Notes: generated from the letters alone by a model not told the origin. DNA of 50,370 nucleotides, filler included, from Catajapyx aquilonaris (GCA_000934665.2; 3 parts of 3 records of this genome joined end to end with filler, not necessarily neighbours in it); one strand, 5' to 3'; counted from the whole stretch's first letter, positions 22,738 through 34,539 are shown. Translations and numbers: made by a program.

Positions 22738-24361
22738 TCATTGTTCCGATGCTTTGAATTGTCCGAATACTATAAAATATGATGTAATCGCTCCCAACAC
22801 CTGCAAGTGGAGATGAAATAAATGCATTAAAAATACTTTTTTTTCTTTCCATGGAAATTCATCGTTATTTCTATGTAGGTCACTCGTTACTCATAATGAC
22901 CATTCATTGGATTCATTTGGAGTTTTGATTGCTCCGACATCAAAAACAAATCCCAGGTAATATGAATGATCATAATGAGTTACGAGTGATTTACGAAAGA
23001 TGGAACTAGCGATGAATTTGCATGGACAAAATATCGTGTTGCATATAATCACATGAAAAAGATACATTATTATGTCACTGACTTACGGAGGTCAAGAGGC
23101 CACGATTGACCGTGAAGACATTGGCAGCTCTTATTTCGACGGGAGGGCCAGACATCATCTGGATTAGTTCTTCAATCTGGAACAATACATTTCAGTAAAT
23201 AAATTTAGCTGGAAAATTTTAATACTAAGATGCGTTCTCTACATTTGCTTTGGTGACAGGCTCGGTGACTAGACGATTGAGGCGAATTAGATGGGGGAGT
23301 GATCTTGTGCTCTGGAAGTAAACATATCGAGTTTAATGCACTGCATTGCTTCAGTAACTGGAATGCATTCAGACATTTTTATTAGTGCTTACCTGCCACG
23401 AAATGGACCCCATGAGAGACGTGAAATAAATCACCGAGGGCACTAAGATGACAAGGAGGACAGCAGTGCTCAACGTCATAGCATCGCTGATTGGAAAAAA
23501 TAATTCGTAAAATAGAAAACCTGAGCACCATATCACAAACACCAGGTAAATGATCAGGATGGGCACACCAAATATGATGTTAATGTTGTCCACCAAAAAG
23601 AAAATGTCATAAAATGTCTTTGTTGAGTTGGCTATTTTGGTAGATACATCTTTGCAGTGTCTATCCTCTCCAGTGGGATTGTCTGAGATAGTGTAGAGCT
23701 GGACAATATCATTGCTGAAGTCCTTTTGTTTCAGCTGGATCACTTTGGCTAAAAACATAATTTGAACAGAAATGGAACATAGCAAATATAAAGAGTGACC
23801 ATTCACGAATATGTGATAGAGAGAATCACGTGAAGATAGAGTACCTTCGAAGTGATAGAGATAGGCATACCCTATTTGCGTCAAAAAGACTATCATTACT
23901 GAACCAAGAACCACTAGAACGGAGAACTTTCGCAACGCCTTTTTGTGACATGTCACATCCAGACGAGAGCATCGGTGGATTAGCTGCCATGTTTTGGTGA
24001 ATTTGGTTTGAATCAAAATGTAGGCGATCACTGGACCAACCCCCAAGGCTACACGCACTATTGCAGCTGCTACAATCAGAGTTGGAGAATATTTGCTGAG
24101 GCCGATCCACGTTTCAGGCAAAAACCAGGTTGCATTTATGATGTGTGCGGCGAAAAGAAGGAAGTGCACCATTGTTGGCCATCGTTGGTACCACTTCCAT
24201 TGCTGACTTTGTCTTGGGTAAGGACAAGGGGCGATTCCTGCCACCACCGCCAAGATGGCTAGGGGTCTGAACGCGGTCCAAAATGATCCATCTTCCTCTT
24301 CTGTTTCATTCGTTGTTCTCTCTTCACTTATCGTAATCACAGTAGACACTCTTCTAACCAT
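22738..24361 (-). CDS. Gustatory receptor GR-c, intact, 396 aa; exons 24361-23393, 23311-23243, 23176-23087, 22800-22738
   Basis: Same 4-exon phase-0 layout (69-nt and 90-nt internal exons); C-terminus VLGAITSYFIVFGQFKASEQ*. Confidence 0.9.
22845..23045. mobile_element. Short palindromic relative of the 11160-13810 element, in GR-c intron 3
   Basis: TCCATGGAAATTCATCG...GGTCACTCGTTACTCATAATGA and its mirror; followed by ATATCGTGTTGCA as at 13809. Confidence 0.75.
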
Positions 24362-24919
24362 AATTGTCACTCAATCGAACAACTTGTCACCCCGTCACTC
24401 TTGACATTCTCCTTGTATCTTTCAAATATGAGTTGACACACATGAGTATCTCACGATTAGCTCACATTTTTATTTTATCATGTACATTGAAATGAGTTAT
24501 ACTTTCGTACGGCTTGAAGGCAGATTTTTCACAGGGTGAGAAATCCTATACTGGTTCCCTTTTAGAATATTAAGGAACACCTTACATAATAAAATCCATC
24601 CATCATCTAAAGTGCCATAGTGTCAGGGCGAGTCAACATCAGTCGCTCCACCATACCCTATATATTTATCTTATAGTCAATATCATTTATTAGAGTGCTC
24701 TTGAGAGAGCTTCTGGGCGTCAGATAATGTCACTGTGTTTCCCTATTAATATACATTATGGACAGGTGGTCGAATATAGCACCTTCAATACTCGTATGAT
24801 TTAATTGACACTTCGAGCTCAAAAAGTTACACATAAATTTATGATGGTAAAGGTAATTTCTCTAAAACAAATTACTCTCTATATGAGATTGTGATCGTGA
24901 TTCAGTAGGTTGTGCTTTT

Positions 24920-25525
24920 TCAACTTTCAGATGTCTGAAATTGTGCGAGAACTATGAAATATGTGGACACAGCTCCTAGCACCTGCAAGTGTAGATAAAA
25001 ATAATCGCATCAAAATTTATTTGAAGACAAAAGAAAGTAGTAACTTACAGAGGTCAATAGGCTACAATTGACCGTGAAGATATTGGCCGCTTTTATTTCT
25101 TACACCAGGGCCAGACATCATCTGGATTAGTTCTTCAATCTGGAATAATACATTAAATGTATTATTCCAGATTGAAGAAGTTACTGATTTAATCAGTAAC
25201 TTAATTGATCAGCAGAAAATTATTTATTTTATGTATTCTGTACATTTGCTTTGGTGTCACCCTCGGTGACTAGACGACTAAGGCGAATGAGATGAGGAAG
25301 TGATCTTGTGCTCTGAGAGTGAGGATAGAAATTATTGCAATGCATCACTTACATAACTGAAATTCTTGCACATCACTTTAGCTTACCTGCCACGAAATGG
25401 ACCCCATGACGGCCGTGAAATAAATCACTGATAGCACTAGGGTGACAACGAGTACAACGTTGCTTAACATAAATTATGAGCAGTGCAAAAACATGTAAAA
25501 TAGAACACTTGGGCACCATATCACA
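24920..25525 (-). pseudogene. Gustatory receptor pseudogene GR-d (5'-truncated), close paralog of GR-c
   Basis: Exon 1 tail ...VIYFTAVMGSISWQ ends at 25387 and has an upstream in-frame stop. Exon 2 is 25312-25244. Exon 3 (25139-25049) is 91 nt, a +1 frameshift. Exon 4 (24982-24920) is VLGAVSTYFIVLAQFQTSES*. The 5' part is replaced by a microsatellite and a foldback element. Confidence 0.88.
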
Positions 25526-25566
25526 CACACACATATATACATACATATATACATACACATATATAT

Positions 25567-27035
25567 GGGCAATTCCCCGTGAACGTGACCACCTTTTGCA
25601 CGAAAAAATTTGCCCGTCGATGACTGTGAGATATGTTTTAGTCCAGGTCAAGTTATGACCTTTCCCACAAGGATTTGGTCTGCCGATGCGTGGTTGCCTA
25701 TCTACAGGCGCTAATTGCACTTGGATCACAGTTAGATGCGCCCCCCTATTACATTTACACGACAACGTAAATGCATGTTGTAATACATGTTTCATGTGTG
25801 ACATTGTCTCCTCTTTCCGACAAAAATAGTCGCTTTCCGATAGCTGTGCAAATTCATGTCAAAATGCGACATTTTTGCAAACAAGTGACATTTTCAAAAT
25901 GAGAGCCAAAGTCAAATGTCATCACATTGATATCAAAATACACCTTGAAGTGTCCTCTATCAGTGGTACAAACAGAATTTTGGAATACGAAATGGTTACG
26001 GAGCTATGCGCTAGTGACCACGCCCCCAGAATGAAAAGGAGCGGCCTTAGGTCCGTCTTCATGTCTCAGGTAGTGTACGCTTGTCCTTTGTGTTTAATTC
26101 ACTTAATAATATAGTTAATGTAGTTATAGTTTTAGTAGTATATCTAGAAATATAGTTCCAAATAAATTTGGTCCTCCACTGGGCAATTCCGTGGCAATCA
26201 CCTTTTGCACGAAAGATTTTGACCGTCGAGCAGCAAGGAATTCCGTACAGGTCTCAACAGTGAACATTTATTTGGACTGTGACTAGGAACGAATAGAGGA
26301 ATGAATATAAAAAAATAAAAAAGTAAGCTACATGTTTCTCTATTCTAAATAATAAAGCATATTTTAACACACACTTGACACTCTTGTGAAAATTGAAACT
26401 TTGTTGAACATGACAAGGGGGTTTACTCTTACTATTCTATGGTAAATGTTTTTGGAACTATATTATTAAGTGAATTAAACACAAATGTCAAGCGTACACT
26501 ACCTGAGACATGAAGACGGACCTAGGTGGACCGCTCCTTTTCATTCAGCGGGCGTGACCACTAGCGCAGCTCTCCATGTCAGTGCCTATAGCTCCGGAAC
26601 CATTTCGTATTCCAAAATTCCGTTTGTACCACTGATAGAGGACACTTCAAGGTGCATTTTGATATCAATGCGATGACATTTAATTTTGGCACTTTTTTGA
26701 AAATGTCATTTGTTTGCAAACATGTCGCATTTTGACATGAATTTGCACAGCTATCGGAAAGCGACTATTTTTGTCGGAAAGAGGAGACAATGTCACACAT
26801 GAAACATGTATTAGTACTGTACATCATGCATTTACGTTGTTGTGTAAATGTAATAGGGGGGCGCATCTAACTGTGATCCAAGTGCAATTAGCGCCTGTAG
26901 ATAGGCAAGACCAAATCGGCAGACCAAATCCTTGTGGGGAAGGTCATAACTTGACCTGGACTAAAACATATCTCACACTCATCGACGGGCAAATTTGTTC
27001 GTGAAAAAGGTGGTCACGTTCACGTGGAATTGCCC
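25567..27035. mobile_element. Foldback DNA transposon with about 550-bp TIRs
   Basis: GGGCAATTCC.CGTGAACGTGACCACC ... GGTGGTCACGTTCACGTGGAATTGCCC with ATAT on both sides; an extra internal terminus-like copy lies at 26181. Confidence 0.88.
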
Positions 27036-27587
27036 ATATAGGGGTGGCGATAATCAAAAGGATTGACCACTTCCAGTTATCGTACAGATCCCAAATTTTG
27101 TACAAAAATTAGTCGCCCATCTTGGGTCCAGACTGCCGCCATTCAAACACGAAAAAATATTTAAAAATGTAACAATGCCAATATATGATATGGTCTCCAT
27201 AGTAGCAATGTATTGACATTGCTGCAAAAAGAATCTAGAGTCTAGACGTGTCTTTCTCTCACTCTCTGTTCCAGTTGGCTTGGTTAACGATGCCAGTGTT
27301 ACATACCACCCCTATTTGCCACGAAAAGTTAAATCTGTAAAAATTAAATTTTCTTTCCATCAAGAGTTAATACTGGTTAAAATCGATCAAGAGATAATTT
27401 CAAATTATGGCAACCGCATTCATCCATAGGAAACAGGTCCCCTGAATAATAGCTTAGTGGGTTCCCCAACTTTTCTGAACCGCGACCCACTACCGTATTT
27501 ACAACAACAAATTTTCGCGACCCACCTAACTTCTCTCTTTTGGGAAATATTCTTTCGGTTCAAGGTCACAACCCTTCCTCGCGACCT

Positions 27588-28225
27588 CAAAGGACCTGTT
27601 AAAGGTTATCCTTGTCAGAAAGGCCACCCACATGGCTCAATGATTCGTGTCATTAGATTGGAGCAGATCACTGAAAGTTCCAAACGCAGGGGAGTTGGAT
27701 CAAAATGTTGCTGTCCAGCCACTCTTATATAATTATGTCATTCAATGGAAGAATGCTTCTAAAGGGTGACCTTCATCAGTTTGGAGAAAGAGTTCGGCTT
27801 TGATTTGCCAACGAACGCCATCTTGAGTCCGCCCCTGGAGAGTGAGAGAGAGGAGGGGGAGTGAGGGAGAGATACGCGATTGGGCAAACGTGTGATATCT
27901 CGATGGGGCTCGCATTTCGCATATCGGTTCCCTGAGGCGGCATTTGTCTCACACGAATATTCTCACAACATTTTTACGGGGTAAAAACCACACGAGTGTT
28001 CCTGCCTCTAAATCAACTAATAAAACAGTTCACCACGTGACAACATGTTTTGAATCCTATCAGGCCGCTAGGTAGCAACCCCTACCACATCAAAGATACA
28101 GTCAGTGGCGAACACAGCGGCCTTTAGCGTAAACCTAGGTGCATAGATTGTACACTACAAGATGCGCAAGATGGTTGCCGGTTAGGTTGCGGGGCTAATC
28201 AGGGTAACCTTGAACAGGTCCTTTG
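27588..28225. mobile_element. MITE with 25-bp TIRs
   Basis: CAAAGGACCTGTTAAAGGTTATCCT ... AGGGTAACCTTGAACAGGTCCTTTG; no clear TSD. Confidence 0.6.
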
Positions 28226-28248
28226 GGTCAAAACGGAAAAGAACTCAT

Positions 28249-28736
28249 CCCACCAAAAACCTTTCTGTAAAAAAGGCCAAGTTCTCCTGACTGCTTGGCC
28301 GTCAAAAGTGGTGAGATCTAAAATACGGCCAAGTTCAACGTCGTTGTCAATTACTGGCATTCTCAACTTCTTAAACCTAAACCACTAACCACTAACTTTG
28401 TTTTTCCAGGTCGACCTTCAGTTTAATCATCAAAAAGTTTTAACGGAATTTCTCTTGCTGTAACTTGGCCATTGCTCTTAAAACATTGAAACAGAACTGT
28501 TTCAATGTTTTAAGAGCAATGGCCAAGTTACAGCAAGAGAAATTCCATTAAAATTTTTTGATGATTAAACTTAAGCTCGACCTGGAAAAACAAAGTTAGT
28601 GGTTTAGGTTGAAGAAGATGAGAATGCCAGTAATTGACAACGACATTGAACTTGGCCGTATTTCAGATCTCACCACTTTTGACGGCCAAGCAGTCAGGAG
28701 AACTTGGCCTTTTTTTACAGAAAGGTTTTTGGTGGG
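28249..28736. mobile_element. Near-perfect palindromic element (CCC..GGG ends, AT flanks; EnSpm/CACTA-like)
   Basis: About 245-bp arms meeting at GAAACAG-AA-CTGTTTC (28495-28496 spacer). Confidence 0.8.
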
Positions 28737-28942
28737 ATCTCACCTCTTTTTGTAGGCAGGAGTGTAGGATAATGATAAGAAAGCTCGGGAGCCCCCTAAG
28801 GTTGGGCGTGGAATCAATGGTCCGTTAAATAAATATTCCAAATAAGGTAATGAATAACTTAGAGCAAAATGTGTAGGTTATATACGAAAGTATGTAAAAC
28901 TCTATCTTTTCCTCTGAATAGGGATGATTTTCTTCTGCTTTC

Positions 28943-29340
28943 TCATATTACGCTTCCCTTTTTTTGTTCTGGTTGTGCGAATTGGACATCTGCTACACCT
29001 GATCGCATAGCCCATTCGCGATCCTTAACCACTTCTATCGATGCCTTATTAGCCCTTTTGAGTATGGATAAGTCTGGTCGGTAAACAGATCTCAATCTAT
29101 CGTACTCCAGAATAGCTGACTCTTGAGCCTTGATGTTAGTAAAGAAGGCCTTGATGAGATGCACTCTATTGATACTTTTAACTCTGGAAAGAGCCACGTA
29201 GGCTTGACCGCACGAGAAGACAGAGGAACCCATATCGAAGAGTGCATTAGTGAGACTCAGGCCTTGACTCTGCATGTCCTCTGTATGGTAATGGCATACG
29301 CCACACAAATTGGGAATTGTTCCCTGTACACATAGGCTGT
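28943..29340 (-). pseudogene. PIF1-family helicase C-terminal fragment of a Helitron/Helentron
   Basis: REQFPICVAYAITI / frameshift / SQGLSL...FSCGQAYVALSRV = SF1 helicase motifs V and VI. Confidence 0.8.
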
Positions 29341-29606
29341 TGATGACCTGGAATTTTGTATTTGTATTATTTTGTATTTTAGGTATTTAGGTATTTGTAG
29401 TTGTATTTGTATGAAATATTTGTATTTGTATGAAATGCAATCGCAGCTTCAGTCAGATAGCTAGCAGCAGTGGCGTAGCCAGGAATCCAGTTCGGGGGGG
29501 AGGTCCGCCGCAGGCGAATTTTTTCGGGTTCAAGGTCACACGAGCTTAGGTGAATATGGGAGATTTGAATGGGTATGTATTAGATGAAATTGGTAGCACT
29601 TTTCCC

Positions 29607-29681
29607 NNNNNNNNNNNNNNNNNNNNNNNNNNNNNNNNNNNNNNNNNNNNNNNNNNNNNNNNNNNNNNNNNNNNNNNNNNN
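29607..29681. other. Scaffold gap (75 N)
   Basis: Run of N without the linker motif. Confidence 0.95.
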
Positions 29682-29789
29682 GCTGGCTAGCGGTAGCTAG
29701 CGGTATGCAGGAGGGGGGGAAGGGAGGGGGTGAGGAGATTAGACGAACGTGGGGAAGGCAGGAGGAGCACCAGCATAACTGATGGAAAT

Positions 29790-30280
29790 TCAAAGTAAAA
29801 AGTAATCCGTGTTAAAAATGACGCATCTGGTCAGCAGCAGCAGACTTGGTGAAAATAATTTCTTTTGAGCATTTAGACTCAAAAAAGTGCCGTTTTCAGA
29901 TTTATTCTGGTGTTTGTTTGACAAGATCTACCAGCATACCAAATGTCAGCATCCTAGGACCACTGGAAGTTCCGTATAATTTTGATGATCAGTGAGTCAG
30001 TCAGTCAGTGAGTGTCATATTTTGGCCGTTTTGGGAGTTTTTAGGATTTTTTAAGTCGGAAATGAAAAGAGATATGAACATGGAAGTAAGGAAGAGGAAG
30101 AAGAAAGGGGGCATTATTTTTAATCGATTTTTATCTACCCAAATAAAAATTTTGAAGCCACGTATGTTCACCAGTGCGAAGATTCGAGGGGATCAAAATG
30201 ACGTGAGTTGTGTCGGGTAAAGGTGGTCCGGCAGTGCGGCGAGAACTAACAGTGCAATTTTGCACTATTCTAGAGGGTTT
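29790..30280 (+). mobile_element. Possible DINE-1/HINE-like non-autonomous Helentron derivative
   Basis: Internal (CAGT)n tract at about 29990-30012 and a 3' hairpin AGTGCAATTTTGCACT before a T-rich end; boundaries uncertain. Confidence 0.35.
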
Positions 30281-30487
30281 TTGTNCCGTTTTACCCTTTT
30301 TTTCCATTTTTTTCCCTTATCTTTCAAATTTATAAAAACCTCCACGCCCCACCAGAAATAATCGGCTCGCGCCCCACACTTTGGGAACCACTGCGGGCTT
30401 ACAGCATCACGATTAATAAGAGCCAGGGTTTGAGCCAAGGCAAGGGGGTGATCACTCGACTGAAAAGTGTGCACTGGAGTACCAAAT

Positions 30488-31588
30488 TCAAGGAGTACCA
30501 AGGAGTAATAAAGCTGTAATAAAGAGTGAGGTACTTGAGGAGTACCAGGGAGTACCACTCGCAGGTGTGCACCGGAGCACCGAAGTGATTACCCCCTGTT
30601 CTTTCACTTTCATGAGACGAATAGCAATATCCCTAGGTACACACTGTTTTGTGATAAAATTATGAAGCTGCGTATGGCTGGACGTTTCATATGGATTACC
30701 CCTGGAGATCATGAATTCACATACCTTATTGACACCCTCTAACTGGCACATTGGAAGGTACATTTCCCGACAATTCATGATGAACAGTCGCCTCCCTGTA
30801 ACATGTATTTTCAGCACCAATTAGTTCTCTAAACTTCTGAAGGAGTTGCTTATTGCCAGCACCTAATGGTAGGTTAACTCCCATTCAGTGACGTACATCT
30901 GCTGTCTTGTCTGTCCAATTATACCCTTGGAACTCTTTTGGGATCTCTGGATAGTTTGTTCAAGCTTCATGTCAGGTGACACAGCACTGAATAGCCTATT
31001 GCTCTCCCGCACTACGAAATGGCCAGTAGTAAACTTCTCATACACTTCAGGATGATCTACTTGTAACATTCTCATTTTTTTTCCAAATACCATGATGCAT
31101 ACCGTAAGTAGTAGTTTATACTGTCAAATTCAAAGAACATAGGTAGAGCACATTTAATAGCTAGAAGATGACTATTCCAATCTCCCTCTCTGTCAGCTGC
31201 TATTAATAACTTCAGCCTGCAGCAATAGTCATTGAGAACTGCTTGCATTTGGACACTCGAGGTATGCACAGGATATGCTACTTAAATGTCGTGAGAGCTA
31301 TTTGTTATTCCATATATAGCTCTCCTACAAGTATGAGAACCTTATTGTCGGATTCCTAGACCTCAAAAATATATATTTAGACACCAGGAGTGTGACTGTA
31401 AGTGCTCTAGAAGTAGAAAAAAGTGGAAATGAAATTTGGTGGCGGCCATCTTGGAAAATGGCGTCTCCTGAATCTCTTCCAGACTACGGTGATGTGTACC
31501 CAAGTTTTTTTTGGTTCTCGTATATGTGCTCTAGCTCCCTGTGTTGGTTAGACAAATCAGTACGAAAATTTCTACGGGGACTGGATTA
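30488..31588 (-). mobile_element. Decayed DNA transposon, Academ-like transposase fragment and terminus
   Basis: Frameshifted ORFs LIAADREGDWNSHL..LPMFF..NYYLRYASWYLEKM..GHFVVR..DMKLEQTIQRSQK..GIIG; a TA(A/G)TCCAGTCCC-like terminus at about 31588. Superfamily assigned from memory of the motif. Confidence 0.6.
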
Positions 31589-31870
31589 TACTCCGAGGCA
31601 GCTAAATTTTTTACTATCTTCGTGTCATTCATTAATTCAACCTTGATTCAACTGAACAAAAAGTCATCTCACTTAGCTTATAGCCTCGAAGAAAGGCTAG
31701 GCGTCCACCACGATCTCACGACTTTGTGCTGTGGAGTGGACAAGGCAGACACTATCTCACAGGATTTTTCGGCAGACGTCTTGGCGCTGTTTTGCGAGTG
31801 CGTTTTTGAGGGGGTATTATTTTACACTCTAATGAACAATATTATTAATGCGTACATGGAATGGACATAG

Positions 31871-32836
31871 AGGCGCCTTCTTCCAAAACCCGACAAATCC
31901 AATTTCCAAAATAAATTAGTTAAGGGTGGAAATTTTATGTTCTTCGAGATGTGTTTCATCAAGTGACGACAGAATATTCAGCAAACATCGACAAATGCGG
32001 CTGTAATGGCCCGACGAAAAGTGGCCGATCATGCAAAACTCGACAAATGCAGGCAGGAAGTTCATATTCTATGTTTCTAAAACCGACAAATCCACCGAAT
32101 CATCCATAACCCGACAAATGCAGCATGAACAGCTCTATAGTTGGCGTGGGATACCATTCGTACTCAGACAAATCCATCTCTAAGCTACACATGGCACCAC
32201 AGTGAGTCATGCTTCCTCCCGTACGCGTTCTTTGTCAAGGCAGTCGTCTGGCAGTCAGACTACATAGGTTCCTGCTCCAAGATGGAAGTGCCGGACGAAC
32301 CCGTGGCGGGACCCAGGTATATGAAGACTATATACATAAAAACACTAATTATGCTGGTAATGCTGTTATGATACGTGACTGAAATATTCACAATGATTAT
32401 CATAGTATGCGATCGGACGGAGAAAATGAGGTTGGGGAGTGTCTATGCCATGAAGGAAGTACAGGATCATGCTAGAATGTAAATACAATCATTGTGGTGG
32501 CGAACAATATGCAGAAAAGCACTAATAAACAATATTCAGAGGAGTAAAACTGTAACTTTTTTTTTCTCCAAATTTTCTCAATGTTGCAAAAACCGCCAAA
32601 TCCACTCTCTTTGCAGAAAAAAATTGATATATCCACAACGACTATTCCTGAAACTACGACTTGACGATGTTGATCATTTTCTTGTAAAAGCTCATCATAT
32701 GCATCATCCACATAATTATGTAGCCTATGGACTTGGGCGGGTCATGTAATATTAATTAGCTTCGGCACCACAGCTTTTTCTCAATTATCTCGGAACCATT
32801 TATCTTGGATTTATCGGGTTTTGGAAGAAGGCGCCT
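31871..32836. mobile_element. Non-autonomous TIR element
   Basis: AGGCGCCTTCTTCCAAAACCCGACAAATCCAA ... TTGGATTTATCGGGTTTTGGAAGAAGGCGCCT; internal CGACAAAT(G/C)C repeats. Confidence 0.8.
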
Positions 32837-32863
32837 GTTATAGTTGTTTTACACATTTAACAA

Positions 32864-33560
32864 TTATATATTTCTCCTCAGACTATTTTCATCACATTTG
32901 ACATATACAAGTTCAGCAAAGAACGCAAGAATTCCACATCCCCAGCAACATATGAAAAGAAAAACCATCATTCCCCTCATTTGGTCGAACTTTAGAGCCA
33001 TTGAGTGTTGGTAAATTCTATTCATCTTTCTTGCATCCCTAAGCCCAATCAGAAGGCAGGTGTAACCCAAGTACGTGTCCATCTTGGCCATCAGACCTGA
33101 ATCAATATAAAAAAATGACATTCTGTCAATTATTGGACCAAACTTGCTGTGTTTGTCCAACAGAAATCCAGCTAACACGAACATACTAGCTTCTTTCGCA
33201 ATCATAACTGGAATACTTCCGGACTTGTCAATGTAAAGGGCCCCCATTGCAAGCAATATGTCGGCTGGAGCTATACAGGCAAAATTCTCGTCTACTGATT
33301 TTCTAACACATGTGTCGAAGTCGGGCAAATCTGTCATGTCTCTAGTAATGGGTTTAAAGTATTCCAAGTCATTGTGCAAAAAAATCGCCGCAAAATAAGG
33401 TTTGGCCACCTCCATGGTTCCCCATCCCCAGGTATCACTTTGATCACCGAGTTCTTGAAACGAGTCGGGCAAATCCTCCTGCAGTGGAGATGCCAAGAAG
33501 CCAAAGTACAAGGCTTCGTATCCGATGATGATGACCAGGGAATAGATCCACCAGAAGGAG
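32864..33560 (-). CDS. Divergent ionotropic receptor (IR), 3' part; 5' end cut off by the contig end
   Basis: Uninterrupted frame SFWWIYSLVIIIGYEALYFGFLASP (M3-like helix), an S2-like domain ending IDRMSFFYIDSGLMAK, and a final TM LKFDQMRGMMVFLFICCWGCGILAFFAELVY. Confidence 0.8.
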
Positions 33561-33561
33561 A

Positions 33562-33661
33562 NNNNNNNNNNNNNNNNNNNNNNNNNNNNNNNNNNNNNNN
33601 NNNNNTTAATTAATTAANNNNNNNNNNNNNNNNNNNNNNNNNNNNNNNNNNNNNNNNNNNN
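33562..33661. other. Artificial contig linker
   Basis: N44 + TTAATTAATTAA + N44. Confidence 0.95.
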
Positions 33662-34497
33662 ATCCCAAACTTTCCTCGCAAGTGCAAAGTGGTAGTAGTT
33701 TCAAAGGCCTACAGTATAACGCAAGTTTTACTGTACGCCCTGTAGCAATAAAAAAAAACGACATTACGTCATATCTAACTTAGCCGCCACTAACTGTAAG
33801 AACTGGAAGTCCGGAGTTGACGAAAACAAATCAGTTCCCGCTGATTGGACGACGAAATCTGAATGCCGCTGCCTAAAACAGTGTCCTAATAACTTCTCTC
33901 CCTTCTATATACAGTACATAATTATGCTGTGATGCACTTTCTATGGCGCCAATGACGCTAGTGGTTGACATTCACGTGACGCCTTGCAGGCATCAATATT
34001 TAGGTTTCAGTCCCAAATATTTTTGTCGTTCACACTACACGTCTATTCACAGGACTTCGTAGATAATTTCCATTTTGAGACAATTATTGACTGCTGCAGA
34101 AAGCAAGTGTGACTGTCGCGAAGGAAGTGCGAACTTCCGGAATTACTGACTTGACGTCATTCGGGGGTATCCCAGCTGCTGCTCATTGTAATAATAATAG
34201 GAGTTTCGCCGAGAGATCACACCTCAGCTGTGCCGAATCCTACTTGCATCTAATATGTCTTAACAGGACAGACCCTTCAATTAAATCCTTTATTCATCAT
34301 ATTCGCGTGGGTTGGTATTTTTCATTTTAACCATGGATATTGACTAAACTATTTCCACAGGATTTGATTCGGGAATGGAACTCGAGACCTCCGAAGTGGA
34401 AGGCTATGGCTCTAACCACAATACCACCCGCAACAGTTCTGTTACATTTCAGTTTGCCTCGAAATTACTGACGCACCAGAGAGAGTTTTTAAAAAAC

Positions 34498-34534
34498 CAC
34501 ACACACACACACACACACACACACGTACACACAC
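34498..34534. repeat. (CA)n microsatellite
   Basis: Visible CA run. Confidence 0.9.
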
Positions 34535-34539
34535 TCTTG

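Noticed and set aside
27455..30393. One large hAT element bounded by AGTGG(G)TTCCC ends capturing the helicase fragment
   Set aside because: There is no matching 8-bp TSD and the subterminal sequences differ; these are more likely ends of separate MITEs.
15597..33560. GR array and IR nested antisense inside an intron of the plus-strand mitochondrial-type gene
   Set aside because: An artificial contig linker at 16735-16834 separates them, so there is no evidence of physical linkage.
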